A DNA stretch of 64,000 nt from Clostridiales bacterium (GCA_014799575.1 JAAVHS010000015.1:143570-207569); one strand, 5' to 3'. Positions 1 through 10,217 are shown, counted from the first letter of the stretch. A program made the numbers and translations. The notes: generated by a model from the sequence alone, not told the origin.

Positions 1-255
1 TATATCTTCACTTTCTCTTAATGAGTGAGCACCTGTTACGATACCTTTTTCAATAAGCAACTTTGTTTCGTCAAGAGTAAACGTGTTACCTTCTATTGCG
101 TTAGAGTTATGACTCGCACTGATAGAGAACTCATTATTGTAATATTTGAGTTCGCATTCTTTCAGCGGACGAACTTTTTTCATAAGTGCATAGTTCTTCT
201 CTATCTCGCCGATAATATCTATGTACTTTTGTTGTTCTTCCATATTTTTTGACAT
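1..255 (-). CDS. Fic/DOC family protein, first 85 codons (gene runs off the window start)
   Basis: Reverse-strand ATG at 253-255 with AAGGAG 8 nt upstream. Reads MSKNMEEQQKYIDIIGEIEKNYALMKKVRPL...SASHNSNAIEGNTFTLDETKLLIEKGIVTGAHSLRESEDI. About 85% identical by eye to residues 3-87 of the Fic ORF at 58700-59608. Contains the SxxxEG inhibitory-helix motif. Confidence 0.8.
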   Translation of the reverse strand, partial: MSKNMEEQQKYIDIIGEIEKNYALMKKVRPLKECELKYYNNEFSISASHNSNAIEGNTFTLDETKLLIEKGIVTGAHSLRESEDI

Positions 256-277
256 AACCGTTACTCCTTTGTTTTAT

Positions 278-306
278 ATTATACCCATTTTACAATCAAT
301 AGTCAA
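278..306 (-). promoter_or_regulatory. SigA-type promoter of the left fic gene
   Basis: Minus strand TTGACT, 17 nt, TATAAT (plus-strand agtcaa 301-306, attata 278-283), just upstream of the RBS. Confidence 0.6.
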
Positions 307-331
307 GGTTAATTCTATTGCCCGTTAATAC

Positions 332-724
332 TTATTTCGCAGGTCTAAAACCTTTTCTGATTATACTTGGTAAAGTTTCGACGTTTAATTCTCCGTCTTT
401 CACAGAAACTACTCTTACTCCTTTATTAGTAAGAAAACTTATCTCTTCGGTTATCTCGATTGCAGAATTACCAAGCACTTCAAGTTCAGTTACAATTAGC
501 ACTTCAAATTCATGGTATTTTGCTTGCAATCTAAAATTGTTGTACGTGAGAGCATCCATCGTCCCACTTTCCAAGTAAGTGCGAACTACAGACAATTCAT
601 TTGCTTTGGCATAGTTGCCCAATACTTTGCTTTGGCTTTGCAAATCCGCATAATTTCCTTTTGCCGAACGGCAATATAAGATTGCACGTTTTTCTTTCTC
701 TCTAATTGCTACTTGTCCATTCAT
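332..724 (-). CDS. Serine-recombinase (resolvase/invertase) catalytic-domain-like protein lacking a DNA-binding domain
   Basis: 130 aa with a GGAGG RBS. AILYCRSAKG..LQSQ resembles YxRVSTxxQ. EFEVLIVTELEVLGNS resembles vlvxxlDRLGR, but Asn replaces the Arg. KGVRVVSVKDGEL is also resolvase-like. No C-terminal HTH. Confidence 0.5.
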   Translation of the reverse strand: MNGQVAIREKEKRAILYCRSAKGNYADLQSQSKVLGNYAKANELSVVRTYLESGTMDALTYNNFRLQAKYHEFEVLIVTELEVLGNSAIEITEEISFLTNKGVRVVSVKDGELNVETLPSIIRKGFRPAK

Positions 725-743
725 ATCTCTGTCCTCCTATAAA

Positions 744-780
744 TACAAAAGGGTTTGATTGCTTTTGCAAATCAAACCCT
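744..780 (-). terminator. Rho-independent terminator after the 1935-aa gene
   Basis: Minus-strand RNA AGGGUUUGAUUUGC-AAAA-GCAAUCAAACCCU (13-bp stem with one bulge) followed by UUUGUAUUU. Confidence 0.6.
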
Positions 781-911
781 CTATGTTACCCCACGGATTA
801 AATGATTTTATATTTAACTGTATTGATTATAACATCTTAATCCTTGTTTGTAAAGATGTACAGAGAACATTTTTATTAAAAACAATGCTTTCACATAGCA
901 AATCATTTCCA

Positions 912-3900
912 TTAAGCTATTTCTGCTTCACACTCGTCGTCTTCTTCTATTATTTCAACGACAGGTTTCTCAGATGTATCTTCATCCATAACTATGGGCG
1001 CTTCTTGCTTACCCAAGTCAAGTTCTGCATCTATGGACGCAAGTTCTTCTCTCAAGCGTTCCACTTCTTCCGCTTGTTCAAACGGCTTGTTTACTTGTTC
1101 TTTTGCCGCTGACAAGTTATGTTGTAAATTCTCTTTTTCTTCTTGTGAGTTAATCAAGTTGTTTTCTAAATTACTCAGACTGTTTTCCAAACGAGATATT
1201 GTTCCTACGTCACTTTCAGATATTTCCACTTTATGACTTCCCGCTCCAACCAACTTCACATAATTGTGTTCGCCTTCTTTCGGTTGCGGAACTATGGCAA
1301 AGCCTTTGATAAAGCCTATCGTTTTTCCGACATACTCGCCCGATGCAACCACACGAATCAACAATGCGCCTGCGTCTTTTCTTTCTTCGTACTTATTCTT
1401 TCCGACCTGTATTAAGTCGTTTTCGTGTTCTGTGCGAAGTTGAATATCATTCTGCAAAGTCTTAATCTTTTCGTCATTGAATTGTATTTTTTCGGGCGTA
1501 TGTAATATCTGCGTTTGCAACGCATAACGGTTATCGCGGTAAACCTTTTCCAAATCATTCAATTGTCCTAATCTCATTTCAATTTCCATTTTTCTCTTAA
1601 TCTTAGGATTATCCGATGTTATGGCTTTAATCTCCGCAAATGTCAGTGTTGCGTCATCTATATCTTCCGCAACTCTTACTGATAAATCTCCACGATTGAT
1701 TTGTGATATAAACCTTTGCTTTGTCTCCAATATCTGATATGAATAAGCGTCGAAAGTTCTTTTTGTAACATAGGTATAAAGCGATACTCTCTTATTCGTA
1801 TTACCTTGTCTAACTATACGTCCTTCACGTTGCTCCAAGTCACTAGGTCTAAATGGCGTATCCAAATGGTGCAATGCTATTAACTTATTTTGGAAGTTCG
1901 TACCTGCGCCACATTTCTCTGTTGAGCCGATAAACACCCTAACTTCGCCACTTCTAACTCTATCGAAAATATCTTGTTTCTGTTGATCCGTCTTGGCTTC
2001 ATGAATGTATGCAATTTCATTCTCTGGTATTCCGCACTCAATTAGTTTGCGCTTAATATCATTATATACGTCAAAGTCTTGTTCGGGATTGTAATCGCCA
2101 TACATCTTTTTCGGCGTTGACATATCACAAAATACAATTTGCGTACTTCTTTGCTCCGCTGTATCCGACCAAATCTTATAGATATTATTCACACAACGAT
2201 TCAACTTACTATTGCTATCATCTGGTATTGTTGGGTCAAAACATCTTGGGTCTAGCGCAATCATTTTACCGTCGTGAGTTACACAAAGCATATTGTCCTG
2301 TGACGGATCAACTGCTCCGTCTGCTATCATTTCAGAACGCTTAACTATTTCATCATTCAATGCTAAGATAGTGTCCGTAGGCTCTAATTGCTCAACGTGT
2401 TTATCGACTTCCGGAACAGGCAAGTTCAACATATCTGCCGTCTTAACGTCTGCAAAACTACGATACATCTTCAAGAGTTCTGGAAGGTTTGTAAACTTAG
2501 CAACTCTTGTCTTTGTCCTATATCCTTGTCCGCTAGGCGCAAGTTCCAATGCCGTAATAGTTTCAGTATATAATGCTGCCCACGAATCAAAGAATTGCAA
2601 TCCCACCTCTTTTAATCCGTTTCTTTGCAAATAAGTCTGCAATGTGTACATTTCCACCAATGAATTGCTAATGGGCGTTCCTGTTGCAAATACTACACCT
2701 CTATCGCCACCTCTGATTTCTCCTATGTACTCACACTTTAAGTCCATATCCGAAGAACGTTGCGACATTGCCCTGCTTATACCTGATACGTTATTCATTT
2801 TCGTAAAGATAAACTTATTCTTGTATTTGTGCGCTTCGTCAACAAAGATATAATCTACGCCTAAATCTTCAAATTGCAACAAGTCGTCTTTCTTTTCCGT
2901 ATTCATCAATTTCTCAAGCTGCACTCTTTTGTTTTTCAAAGTGCGTTCAAGGTCTTTGATTCTAATACGTTCTCCTCTCCCTTCTTTTGCCTCGCGTATG
3001 CCAATCTCTATTTCGGATATTTCTCTATTCAACCTTTCCTCTTGTCGTTGACGTGATATTGGTATTTTTTCAAAACTAGACATTGCAATAACTACTGCGT
3101 CCCAATCGCTGGTTGCGACCTTTGCTACAAATCTTTTGCGACTTGTTTTTTCAAAGTCTTTCTTTGTCGCCATAAGCACATTAGCGTTTGGATAAAGCGT
3201 ACGGAATTCATTTGCCCACTGTACCACTAAGTGATTAGGTACAACTATGATAGGTTTCTTTGCCACACCACATTCTTTAAGTTTCATACAAGCGGCCGCT
3301 ATCTCAAATGTTTTTCCTGCGCCTACTGAATGATGTAGTAAAACATTGTTTCCTTGCAACATACGCGCTACTGCGTCCTTTTGATAAGGCTTCAATGTAA
3401 TTTCAGGATTCATACCCGGAAATTCCAAGTAGCTGCCGTCATATTGCGGAACAACTGTCGTATTATAAATTTCGTTATACTTATTTACAAGATATTCTCT
3501 CCTTTCTGGCTCATCAAATATCCAACGCTTGAACTCATCATATATCTTTCTTTGTCTTTCACGAACTGCAATAGTTTCTTTTTTATTGGTAACTCGCTTT
3601 GTTTTTCCGTCCTCTTCTACTTCGTCCGTTATAGTAGGCGTTTGTTGATTGAGACATTTTTCAAAAATTCGAAAGGCGTCCATTCTATTCGTACCATAAA
3701 CCGAACTTGACTTTACGCTATGTCTAAGCCAAGCAGGTCTCTCAACTTTCCACTCTCCGGTTATTGAATTAAAGCTAATATCTATGTCCTCAATATAATA
3801 TGATTGTATGTCTAATAACTCACATATAAATTGTTTATAGTATTTTGTATCAACCCAATTTACACCTATCTTAACGGATATATCATTTGCTTCGAGCGGT

Positions 3901-6719
3901 GTAGGTTGAGCCAAACGCAATGCTTCTACGTTCTTCTTAAAAGAGTCATTATGTTCGGCCATAAATTCTGCTTGTTGCAATTTCTTGCGAACATTACCAG
4001 ACAAATATTCCGACGCATCTTCCCAACCCAAATATGGATCGTTCTCGTCCATTAAACATTTCGACGGATTACGATAGACTTTGTCTCCAAGTTCTTCGAC
4101 CACTTCGTCATAGGATTTTCCTGTCAACTTCTCAATTACACGCAAGTCAACAACACCACGTTCACTCTTACATACGTTTAGCGCGTCCATTACACTGTTA
4201 CAATGCGTAACCTTTTGATATGGCTTAATTGTACGTTTTGAGAACACATCTGTTTTCTCTGCCGTCCCTGTCTTTTCGTCAACCTTTTCGATAGAAATCA
4301 ATAACGCAAAGTCAGCATCTTCTCGGAACAGACTTCTATTAAGTTTTGAATTTACTATGCCATAAGTCTTTACAAATTTATCGTAATCCCTATTAAGTTT
4401 CCTTTGCTCAGTTTCTAAAATCTCATCAGTACAGTTGTCAAGTTGCACACTCAAAACTTTACGCACTTGCTTACGCAACTCTATAAGCGCTCTCATGCGG
4501 TCTATATTTGTTTTTGCAATATCTCTAGCTACAAGAGTGTCTTGCTCTCTTTGGTATAAAGTATTGCCAATAAAAGTGTAACAGTAGTTTTTTAAGTCTT
4601 TATGCTCATTATCAATAGGCAGTTCGGCTTCGGCTACCGCTTGTCCAACTGGCACTGCTTTCTTTTCGTCATACACATTTATAGGCAAATTCTCTACCGC
4701 TTCCGCAATGGCTTGTCCAAGTTCTCTATCATCTGGCAAAAGTTCAGTTTCATCGTCGCCGCCATACATAGATTTATGTTGCACCATTGTACCAAGCAAC
4801 ATCTCAGGATGTTCGATAAAGTATTGATTGACAGGTACACCGTTATCGTCAATGCCAATATTAATCCAACTATCCTTTGCTTTCTCGACAATTTTATCGC
4901 GCTTTTGAAAAAACAATATATCTGCCGTCACTTCCGTACCCGCGCTTGTCTTAAACGCATTGTTAGGTAAACGTATTGCGCCCAACAACTTCGCTCTGTT
5001 TGCTATATACTGTCTAACGTCCGTATCTTTTTTATCTAGCGTACCCTTTGTAGTGATTGCCGCGATTATTCCACCCGGTCTAACTTTATCTAGCGATTTT
5101 GCAAAAAAGTAGTTATGTATAAAGAATCCAAATCTATCATATTTCAGATCGTGGACTTTGAAAGCTCCGAATGGAACGTTTGTAATGACACCGTCAAAAG
5201 AGTTATCCGCAAAATTTGTTTTTTCAAATCCTTGTATTTTGACTTTTGTTTCTGGATACAAAAGATTTGCTATATTACCCGTTATCTCATCTATCTCTAC
5301 ACCGTAAGTTTCTTTTGCATTGAACGTGTCTGGCAATAATCCGATAAAGTTTCCTATTCCCATTGCGGGCTCAAGAATCTTTCCTTTCTCAAATCCTATA
5401 CGCTTTAACCCCGCATACACTCCGTCTATAATAGTTTTAGGCGTATAGTGCGCTGACAATACGGACTCTCTCGCCAAACGATATTCGTTATTATCTAGCA
5501 CTGACAATAGTTCGTTGTACTCTTTATTCCACTCAGGCTTATCTGGGTCAAATGCGTAAGCAAGTCCGCCCCAACCAACGTATTTAGAAAGCACACGTTT
5601 TTCTTCGTCAGTTGCCATTCTTCCCTCTGCTCGAATTTCGTGCATTAGTTTTATTGCCTCGATGTTTTGGCGAAAACGAGTTTTCACACCCGTTGCATAG
5701 ACAAAGTTCTCATCTGTTAAACGGTAGTTTCGTATGGTTGATACACTACTTTCGTCAACACCATTTCCTCGATTGTATGCTCCGTCTCTCGAAGATTCTG
5801 TACGTTCATCAGGAAGTTCAAAGACGATTCCCCCGTCATCTGCTTGCTCAACTGCTTTCTCATGTTCATCGCTTGCTTTTGTATTGATTTCAAGTGTCTC
5901 GGAAGTTGTCCCGTCATCAACAATATTTGATACGTTCTCGGATATTCCGATTTCAGGTAATCCCGACGCAAGTTCCCATAGTGAAAGTTGTGAATGCTGT
6001 TTTGTTTCATTTTTATCTTCCTCCAACTGATAATTTTGTCTTGCTACTTTTATGCGCTCTTTTTCTTTTCTCTTTTCTTCACGGATCTGTTCTTCTTCAA
6101 CAATTGCCTCTCGCAATCCTTCGGATATATCCAACACCTCCATACAAAGCCGAAAGTTCGTATCGTCATCAAATGGCAACGGCGCAATGTTTATACCTTT
6201 ATTACCAGTGTATACTGTCATGCATTGAGTTACACCTTCGGTCAAACAAGCTAGATACTCTTCCGTATATTCTTCTGAATCTCCGTCTGCAATATGCTCT
6301 TGACAATAACGATATATCGCTGCTTGCAATTCGCTCTCATTTCCTTTCGGCATTCCGCAAAATATGTTTTGACGATTGATACTGTCTTTAAGTTTGCTCT
6401 CGCTCATTCTATGTTGTATTCCGTGATACCTCTCGCTGCCATACGTCTGAGATATGTCGAATACATACACTTTCCTATTAGGTTTATCTTCGTCATAATA
6501 AGCGATACCGTGTTCGCCACGTTTTATTCTACGGTTATCTTGCTCATGCCAATCGTCAAATGTTTTGCAGATAGTAACGCTTGGTCTCTCCGAATAAATT
6601 TGCACACTATTCCAAAATGACAAATGCGGATTATTAATTAAAAACGCATAAAATCCCGCTAGACGTGTACCACTTGAAAAAATGCTATTTATTCTTTCAC
6701 TCGCTTCTTCTATTCTCAT
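912..6719 (-). CDS. Giant ArdC-N / N6-adenine methyltransferase / SNF2-type helicase fusion (DarB-like anti-restriction protein of conjugative elements)
   Basis: 1935 aa. N-terminal ArdC-N-like module (SFWNSVQIYSERPSVT..RRIKRGEHGI..VYVFDISQTYG). MTase motif I LEPAMGIGNFIG and motif IV NVPF. Helicase motifs SVGAGKT, DEAH and QREGRIVRQG. Confidence 0.85.
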   Translation of the reverse strand: MRIEEASERINSIFSSGTRLAGFYAFLINNPHLSFWNSVQIYSERPSVTICKTFDDWHEQDNRRIKRGEHGIAYYDEDKPNRKVYVFDISQTYGSERYHGIQHRMSESKLKDSINRQNIFCGMPKGNESELQAAIYRYCQEHIADGDSEEYTEEYLACLTEGVTQCMTVYTGNKGINIAPLPFDDDTNFRLCMEVLDISEGLREAIVEEEQIREEKRKEKERIKVARQNYQLEEDKNETKQHSQLSLWELASGLPEIGISENVSNIVDDGTTSETLEINTKASDEHEKAVEQADDGGIVFELPDERTESSRDGAYNRGNGVDESSVSTIRNYRLTDENFVYATGVKTRFRQNIEAIKLMHEIRAEGRMATDEEKRVLSKYVGWGGLAYAFDPDKPEWNKEYNELLSVLDNNEYRLARESVLSAHYTPKTIIDGVYAGLKRIGFEKGKILEPAMGIGNFIGLLPDTFNAKETYGVEIDEITGNIANLLYPETKVKIQGFEKTNFADNSFDGVITNVPFGAFKVHDLKYDRFGFFIHNYFFAKSLDKVRPGGIIAAITTKGTLDKKDTDVRQYIANRAKLLGAIRLPNNAFKTSAGTEVTADILFFQKRDKIVEKAKDSWINIGIDDNGVPVNQYFIEHPEMLLGTMVQHKSMYGGDDETELLPDDRELGQAIAEAVENLPINVYDEKKAVPVGQAVAEAELPIDNEHKDLKNYCYTFIGNTLYQREQDTLVARDIAKTNIDRMRALIELRKQVRKVLSVQLDNCTDEILETEQRKLNRDYDKFVKTYGIVNSKLNRSLFREDADFALLISIEKVDEKTGTAEKTDVFSKRTIKPYQKVTHCNSVMDALNVCKSERGVVDLRVIEKLTGKSYDEVVEELGDKVYRNPSKCLMDENDPYLGWEDASEYLSGNVRKKLQQAEFMAEHNDSFKKNVEALRLAQPTPLEANDISVKIGVNWVDTKYYKQFICELLDIQSYYIEDIDISFNSITGEWKVERPAWLRHSVKSSSVYGTNRMDAFRIFEKCLNQQTPTITDEVEEDGKTKRVTNKKETIAVRERQRKIYDEFKRWIFDEPERREYLVNKYNEIYNTTVVPQYDGSYLEFPGMNPEITLKPYQKDAVARMLQGNNVLLHHSVGAGKTFEIAAACMKLKECGVAKKPIIVVPNHLVVQWANEFRTLYPNANVLMATKKDFEKTSRKRFVAKVATSDWDAVVIAMSSFEKIPISRQRQEERLNREISEIEIGIREAKEGRGERIRIKDLERTLKNKRVQLEKLMNTEKKDDLLQFEDLGVDYIFVDEAHKYKNKFIFTKMNNVSGISRAMSQRSSDMDLKCEYIGEIRGGDRGVVFATGTPISNSLVEMYTLQTYLQRNGLKEVGLQFFDSWAALYTETITALELAPSGQGYRTKTRVAKFTNLPELLKMYRSFADVKTADMLNLPVPEVDKHVEQLEPTDTILALNDEIVKRSEMIADGAVDPSQDNMLCVTHDGKMIALDPRCFDPTIPDDSNSKLNRCVNNIYKIWSDTAEQRSTQIVFCDMSTPKKMYGDYNPEQDFDVYNDIKRKLIECGIPENEIAYIHEAKTDQQKQDIFDRVRSGEVRVFIGSTEKCGAGTNFQNKLIALHHLDTPFRPSDLEQREGRIVRQGNTNKRVSLYTYVTKRTFDAYSYQILETKQRFISQINRGDLSVRVAEDIDDATLTFAEIKAITSDNPKIKRKMEIEMRLGQLNDLEKVYRDNRYALQTQILHTPEKIQFNDEKIKTLQNDIQLRTEHENDLIQVGKNKYEERKDAGALLIRVVASGEYVGKTIGFIKGFAIVPQPKEGEHNYVKLVGAGSHKVEISESDVGTISRLENSLSNLENNLINSQEEKENLQHNLSAAKEQVNKPFEQAEEVERLREELASIDAELDLGKQEAPIVMDEDTSEKPVVEIIEEDDECEAEIA

Positions 6720-6733
6720 TTTCCCCTCTATCT

Positions 6734-7252
6734 TTACTCGGCTTCCGCAATATACTTTTTCTGTTTCTCGTCATAGACAAATCCTCCGTCTCCCCATAAT
6801 TCACGATAAAGAATAATTGCATCTTGACTAAGTTCTTCGTACTCTTCACTCTCAATTTCATTACCGCCATAAAACACTTTGTGTCCCGCAATAGTAGCTG
6901 AATTATCACAATACTCATATCGCACTCTAAATTGTGGCTGCGCTTTCGATATTGCTTGCGCAATCTTTCCAACCGTATCATTCGTATCAAAGTAAATTAG
7001 ATTACCTAACACAGGTGGATTCCCATCTCCCTCAAATACGATTTGCGTATTTGTTGCCGCATTTTTAGTTCCCCATTTGTCCAAGCACTCTTGCTCATCG
7101 TGTTCGTCATTAACATCTATTATTTTCGCAAAGTCGATTATCTCATCTCCGTCACTTTCGGGATCAGCCGTTATTATACTTTCGATATATTCTTTAATCT
7201 TTGCATTGTAATCGCCTGTAATTGACAGCAAATTGCCCATTGTATTGTTCAT
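6734..7252 (-). CDS. Hypothetical protein related to the 264-aa MPNW-family protein (DUF1281/Api92-like, tentative)
   Basis: 172 aa. Shares KWGTKNAATNT, IYFDT and RVRYEYCDN with NWGTKWNAHNT, LYFDTAW and KFEYEYAEE of ORF 13556-14350. Confidence 0.5.
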   Translation of the reverse strand: MNNTMGNLLSITGDYNAKIKEYIESIITADPESDGDEIIDFAKIIDVNDEHDEQECLDKWGTKNAATNTQIVFEGDGNPPVLGNLIYFDTNDTVGKIAQAISKAQPQFRVRYEYCDNSATIAGHKVFYGGNEIESEEYEELSQDAIILYRELWGDGGFVYDEKQKKYIAEAE

Positions 7253-7260
7253 TCTTTCAC

Positions 7261-7644
7261 CTACATCTCTGGCTCACGTTCTTTCTCTGCACTTCCACCT
7301 GCGCCGCCAGTCCAATTTGATTCGAGTTCTTGTGCATACTTTTCTACTTCCTCATTAGCAACACCGAAGAAATTGTATTTTTCCCAACGGCAATGTTCAC
7401 CGTCAAAACAAAAATGTCCGTAGCAAGCATTACCTGAATTAGTAGGCTCAATGCCAAAGCCCGAAAGCACTCTAAACAATTGATATTCTGGTTTGCGATA
7501 TTTCTCTGTCAATTTTTCAAGCGGTATAATACACACCCGACCTGCGTTATCTAACGTACCATCAGTAGGCACGTCATACATACTTCTTATACAATCCTCT
7601 TTTGTAAAACTTTTTCTATCTTTCATGTTGTTTGTCTTATTCAA
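7261..7644 (-). CDS. Hypothetical protein
   Basis: 127-aa ORF packed tightly into the minus-strand operon. No motif recognised. Confidence 0.55.
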   Translation of the reverse strand: MNKTNNMKDRKSFTKEDCIRSMYDVPTDGTLDNAGRVCIIPLEKLTEKYRKPEYQLFRVLSGFGIEPTNSGNACYGHFCFDGEHCRWEKYNFFGVANEEVEKYAQELESNWTGGAGGSAEKEREPEM

Positions 7645-8017
7645 TTTCTGTTTCTCCCATAATATTTTCGTGATACTTTTCGCAATATCTGATTATTAAG
7701 TCTCCTATTTCGTCCCAACTATTAACACTTGCGTATTCTTGTTTCAAATAGTAGGTATATAGACTATCTAACACGTCCTCGCCTTCTTTATACAAGCACT
7801 TAAATGCTTTTTCATTGAGATAGAAATTACCTTCATCTGTTACTAGATAATCTTTCATTTCATTATAAAAATTTATTTTGTAATAATCATAAAAGATTTC
7901 GTCTTTCGATTTCTCCATCTCTTTTGCATAAAAAAGGTTGAATTCATTAGTTACATTATTTGCTACCCTAATTCTATAATTTATCTCTATTTCATAAGTA
8001 CTTGTATCTTCCGACAC
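7637..8017 (-). CDS. Hypothetical protein
   Basis: 126-aa ORF overlapping the next gene by 8 nt (operon packing). No motif recognised. Confidence 0.55.
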   Translation of the reverse strand: MSEDTSTYEIEINYRIRVANNVTNEFNLFYAKEMEKSKDEIFYDYYKINFYNEMKDYLVTDEGNFYLNEKAFKCLYKEGEDVLDSLYTYYLKQEYASVNSWDEIGDLIIRYCEKYHENIMGETEIE

Positions 8018-8048
8018 TAGCCTTTCCTCCTTTCTAATAATTAGCTAT

Positions 8049-8672
8049 TTACATCTCAACTTCGCTCTGCATAAACTTATCAAATGCACTCTTATCTGTT
8101 CCTTGAAGATGATTGGAAAAGTATTTCAATGCAGACTTAATGTTATGGTTATCATAAGATAAACCGCAAAGATGCCGATTATTCTTATCCATAATTGAAC
8201 ACACATAGCTGTGCCATTCGCCTTTGTGATAGATTTCCGTAATCTCTATATTCCTACCATTTTCTTTGTCTGAAAACTCTTTTAGCGTCGTGTAATCAAG
8301 GATATTCCATAAAGTTCCGTTTGTATGTCCTTGCATTAAAAAGTCATAAACGTCTTTTGGCTCATATTGTTCTTTCATAAAATCAAGATGTTTCAATGCC
8401 TGTTCTTCTGGTAAATTTGCTATGAATTCCGCTTCATCTTTCATTTCCGGCAAATAAACGTATAAAGGAATTACTCTGCCAACACAAGACAATTGCTGTT
8501 TATCAGTAGGCTCAAATACGATATATCTATCCCCACACTTTGCTACGTTTTCATCGTTAGCAATCTTCTCTGTTGCCTTGCAAATAAGAACGTCCTCGTC
8601 AAGTAATTTATAGAAACTCTCTTTCAAGCCTTGATCTTCTAATTGCTCTATGATTTTATTCTTAACTTGCAT
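8049..8672 (-). CDS. Hypothetical protein
   Basis: 207-aa ORF overlapping the C5-MTase gene stop. No motif recognised. Confidence 0.55.
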   Translation of the reverse strand: MQVKNKIIEQLEDQGLKESFYKLLDEDVLICKATEKIANDENVAKCGDRYIVFEPTDKQQLSCVGRVIPLYVYLPEMKDEAEFIANLPEEQALKHLDFMKEQYEPKDVYDFLMQGHTNGTLWNILDYTTLKEFSDKENGRNIEITEIYHKGEWHSYVCSIMDKNNRHLCGLSYDNHNIKSALKYFSNHLQGTDKSAFDKFMQSEVEM

Positions 8673-9783
8673 CTCTATCTACTTCCTCCATATATCTAAA
8701 CAGTGGCAATTCGTAAAGCAACTGTTCTGGCGTTTTCTTGCGTTCTTGATAAACCTTATCTTCCCAATCATTAATTCCATATAAGACTCCGAATATCGCC
8801 ATTAGCACTGTTACTACAATACTGTTTCCTGCTTGCGCATACAAATTCGTCTCACGGACATTATTCACTTTCTTTCCATCTACAACTTTATACCGACATT
8901 TATCATAGTCTTTGTCAGTAAATCCCATTAAACGAAAACTTTCTACCGCTGAAAAACGCCTAATTATCTCTTTGCCTTTTATTCTGTTGTCATAGATTTT
9001 TGCGCCATTGTATGAATCGTCGGAATACATTACACATTCAGCAATCCCCTCTATCGAAAGTATTACATTTGTCTGTCTGTATTTATTCCAATTCAGAAAG
9101 CCACATCGTATAATCTTGTGCGTTTGCTCATCTATATACGGTTGATACAATTCCATTTTTTCGAGATTAGGCAGTTCCATAATAGTACTCACATCATCTT
9201 GTAAAACATGTTTTATACGCATTCCTGAATCGTATCCTATTGGGAACTTATAGCCACAATCAACGTCTTTTCTAATAGCAATTAAAAACAATCGTTCCCT
9301 ATTCTGTGGGACATTGAAATACTTTGCATTGACAACTTCCGAATATATGTTGTACCCATAAGCTAATAACATAAAATAAAATCTGCGAAAATTATGTAAA
9401 TGCTTTTGCGTAAGTACGCCCGGCACATTTTCCCAAACAACTACTTTGGGTTTCGATATAGAAATGAATTGCAAATAACTCCACATAAGGCTTGATCGTG
9501 TTCCGCTCCCCTCATCTCCACCTTCGCCTTTGCCCGCTACTGAAAAACTTTGGCAAGGCGTTCCTCCAACAAGCAAATCTATATCTAGTGGAATCGGTTT
9601 TTCATTCACTTCCGTCAGGCTGCCGAAATTCTTGTTTCTATCTACGTTATGTATTGAACAGTATGACGTAATTGCCGCCTCGTCAATTTCACTGAAACAA
9701 ACGAGTTCATACGAAATACCAAGTCTTGTCAATGCTTTTTCAGGCGCACCTATTCCACTACATACCGTTGCAACTTTTAACAT
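8662..9783 (-). CDS. DNA (cytosine-5)-methyltransferase, orphan
   Basis: 373 aa. Motif I VCSGIGA, IV GGTPCQSFS, VI ENVPG, VIII QNRERLFLIA, X GNSIVV. No restriction endonuclease gene nearby. Confidence 0.9.
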   Translation of the reverse strand: MLKVATVCSGIGAPEKALTRLGISYELVCFSEIDEAAITSYCSIHNVDRNKNFGSLTEVNEKPIPLDIDLLVGGTPCQSFSVAGKGEGGDEGSGTRSSLMWSYLQFISISKPKVVVWENVPGVLTQKHLHNFRRFYFMLLAYGYNIYSEVVNAKYFNVPQNRERLFLIAIRKDVDCGYKFPIGYDSGMRIKHVLQDDVSTIMELPNLEKMELYQPYIDEQTHKIIRCGFLNWNKYRQTNVILSIEGIAECVMYSDDSYNGAKIYDNRIKGKEIIRRFSAVESFRLMGFTDKDYDKCRYKVVDGKKVNNVRETNLYAQAGNSIVVTVLMAIFGVLYGINDWEDKVYQERKKTPEQLLYELPLFRYMEEVDRDAS

Positions 9784-10217
9784 AATTCAGGCTCCCTTTT
9801 CGATAATCTTTTTTCATAGTAATCAATACCGTCTTGAACGTCTATGTGGCTTTCTTCTTCATTAAATGAATGAATAGAGACGCCCCTTTGCGGATCGTAA
9901 TTCCAAATCTCTGTATCTACTCCATCTTCGTGCCAATAACAATTTGCAGATAAGAATTTAACACCGAGTTCCTTGCAGTACGATTCCATATTTTTTTGCT
10001 TGGTCTTGTACCAACCGTAATAAATACCTTGTCCGTTTTGACAATCAAATTCAAGTACGACGTTCCCGCTCGGCAATTTAGTTTCACTTAAATTTGCCAT
10101 CACTCCGAAATTATATAATTTAATTCTATCGCCAGTATTAAAGAACAAACCCTTGAATGCTTTTACATTTTCAGATGGAAGTACCGCAATACAATCAAAC
10201 ACTGCAAAACTTGACAT
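9777..10217 (-). CDS. Hypothetical protein, distant paralogue of ORF 10217-10675
   Basis: 146 aa. The N-terminal pattern AVLPSENVKAFKGLFFN parallels VVLPTENADKFEKLFITN of the neighbouring gene. Confidence 0.5.
   Translation of the reverse strand: MSSFAVFDCIAVLPSENVKAFKGLFFNTGDRIKLYNFGVMANLSETKLPSGNVVLEFDCQNGQGIYYGWYKTKQKNMESYCKELGVKFLSANCYWHEDGVDTEIWNYDPQRGVSIHSFNEEESHIDVQDGIDYYEKRLSKREPELC

Larger units (their letters stand above)
1..345. repeat. Left copy of a ~340-bp fic 5'-end plus promoter module (partner at 59349-59690)
   Basis: Collinear direct repeat, roughly 75-80% nt identity by eye. Longest identical runs: cctttttcaataagcaactt, tttgttgttcttccat, aatagtcaaggttaattc. Confidence 0.8.

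Noticed and set aside
25-252. 75-aa plus-strand ORF at the window start
   Set aside because: It is antisense to the well-supported N-terminal fragment of the Fic gene.
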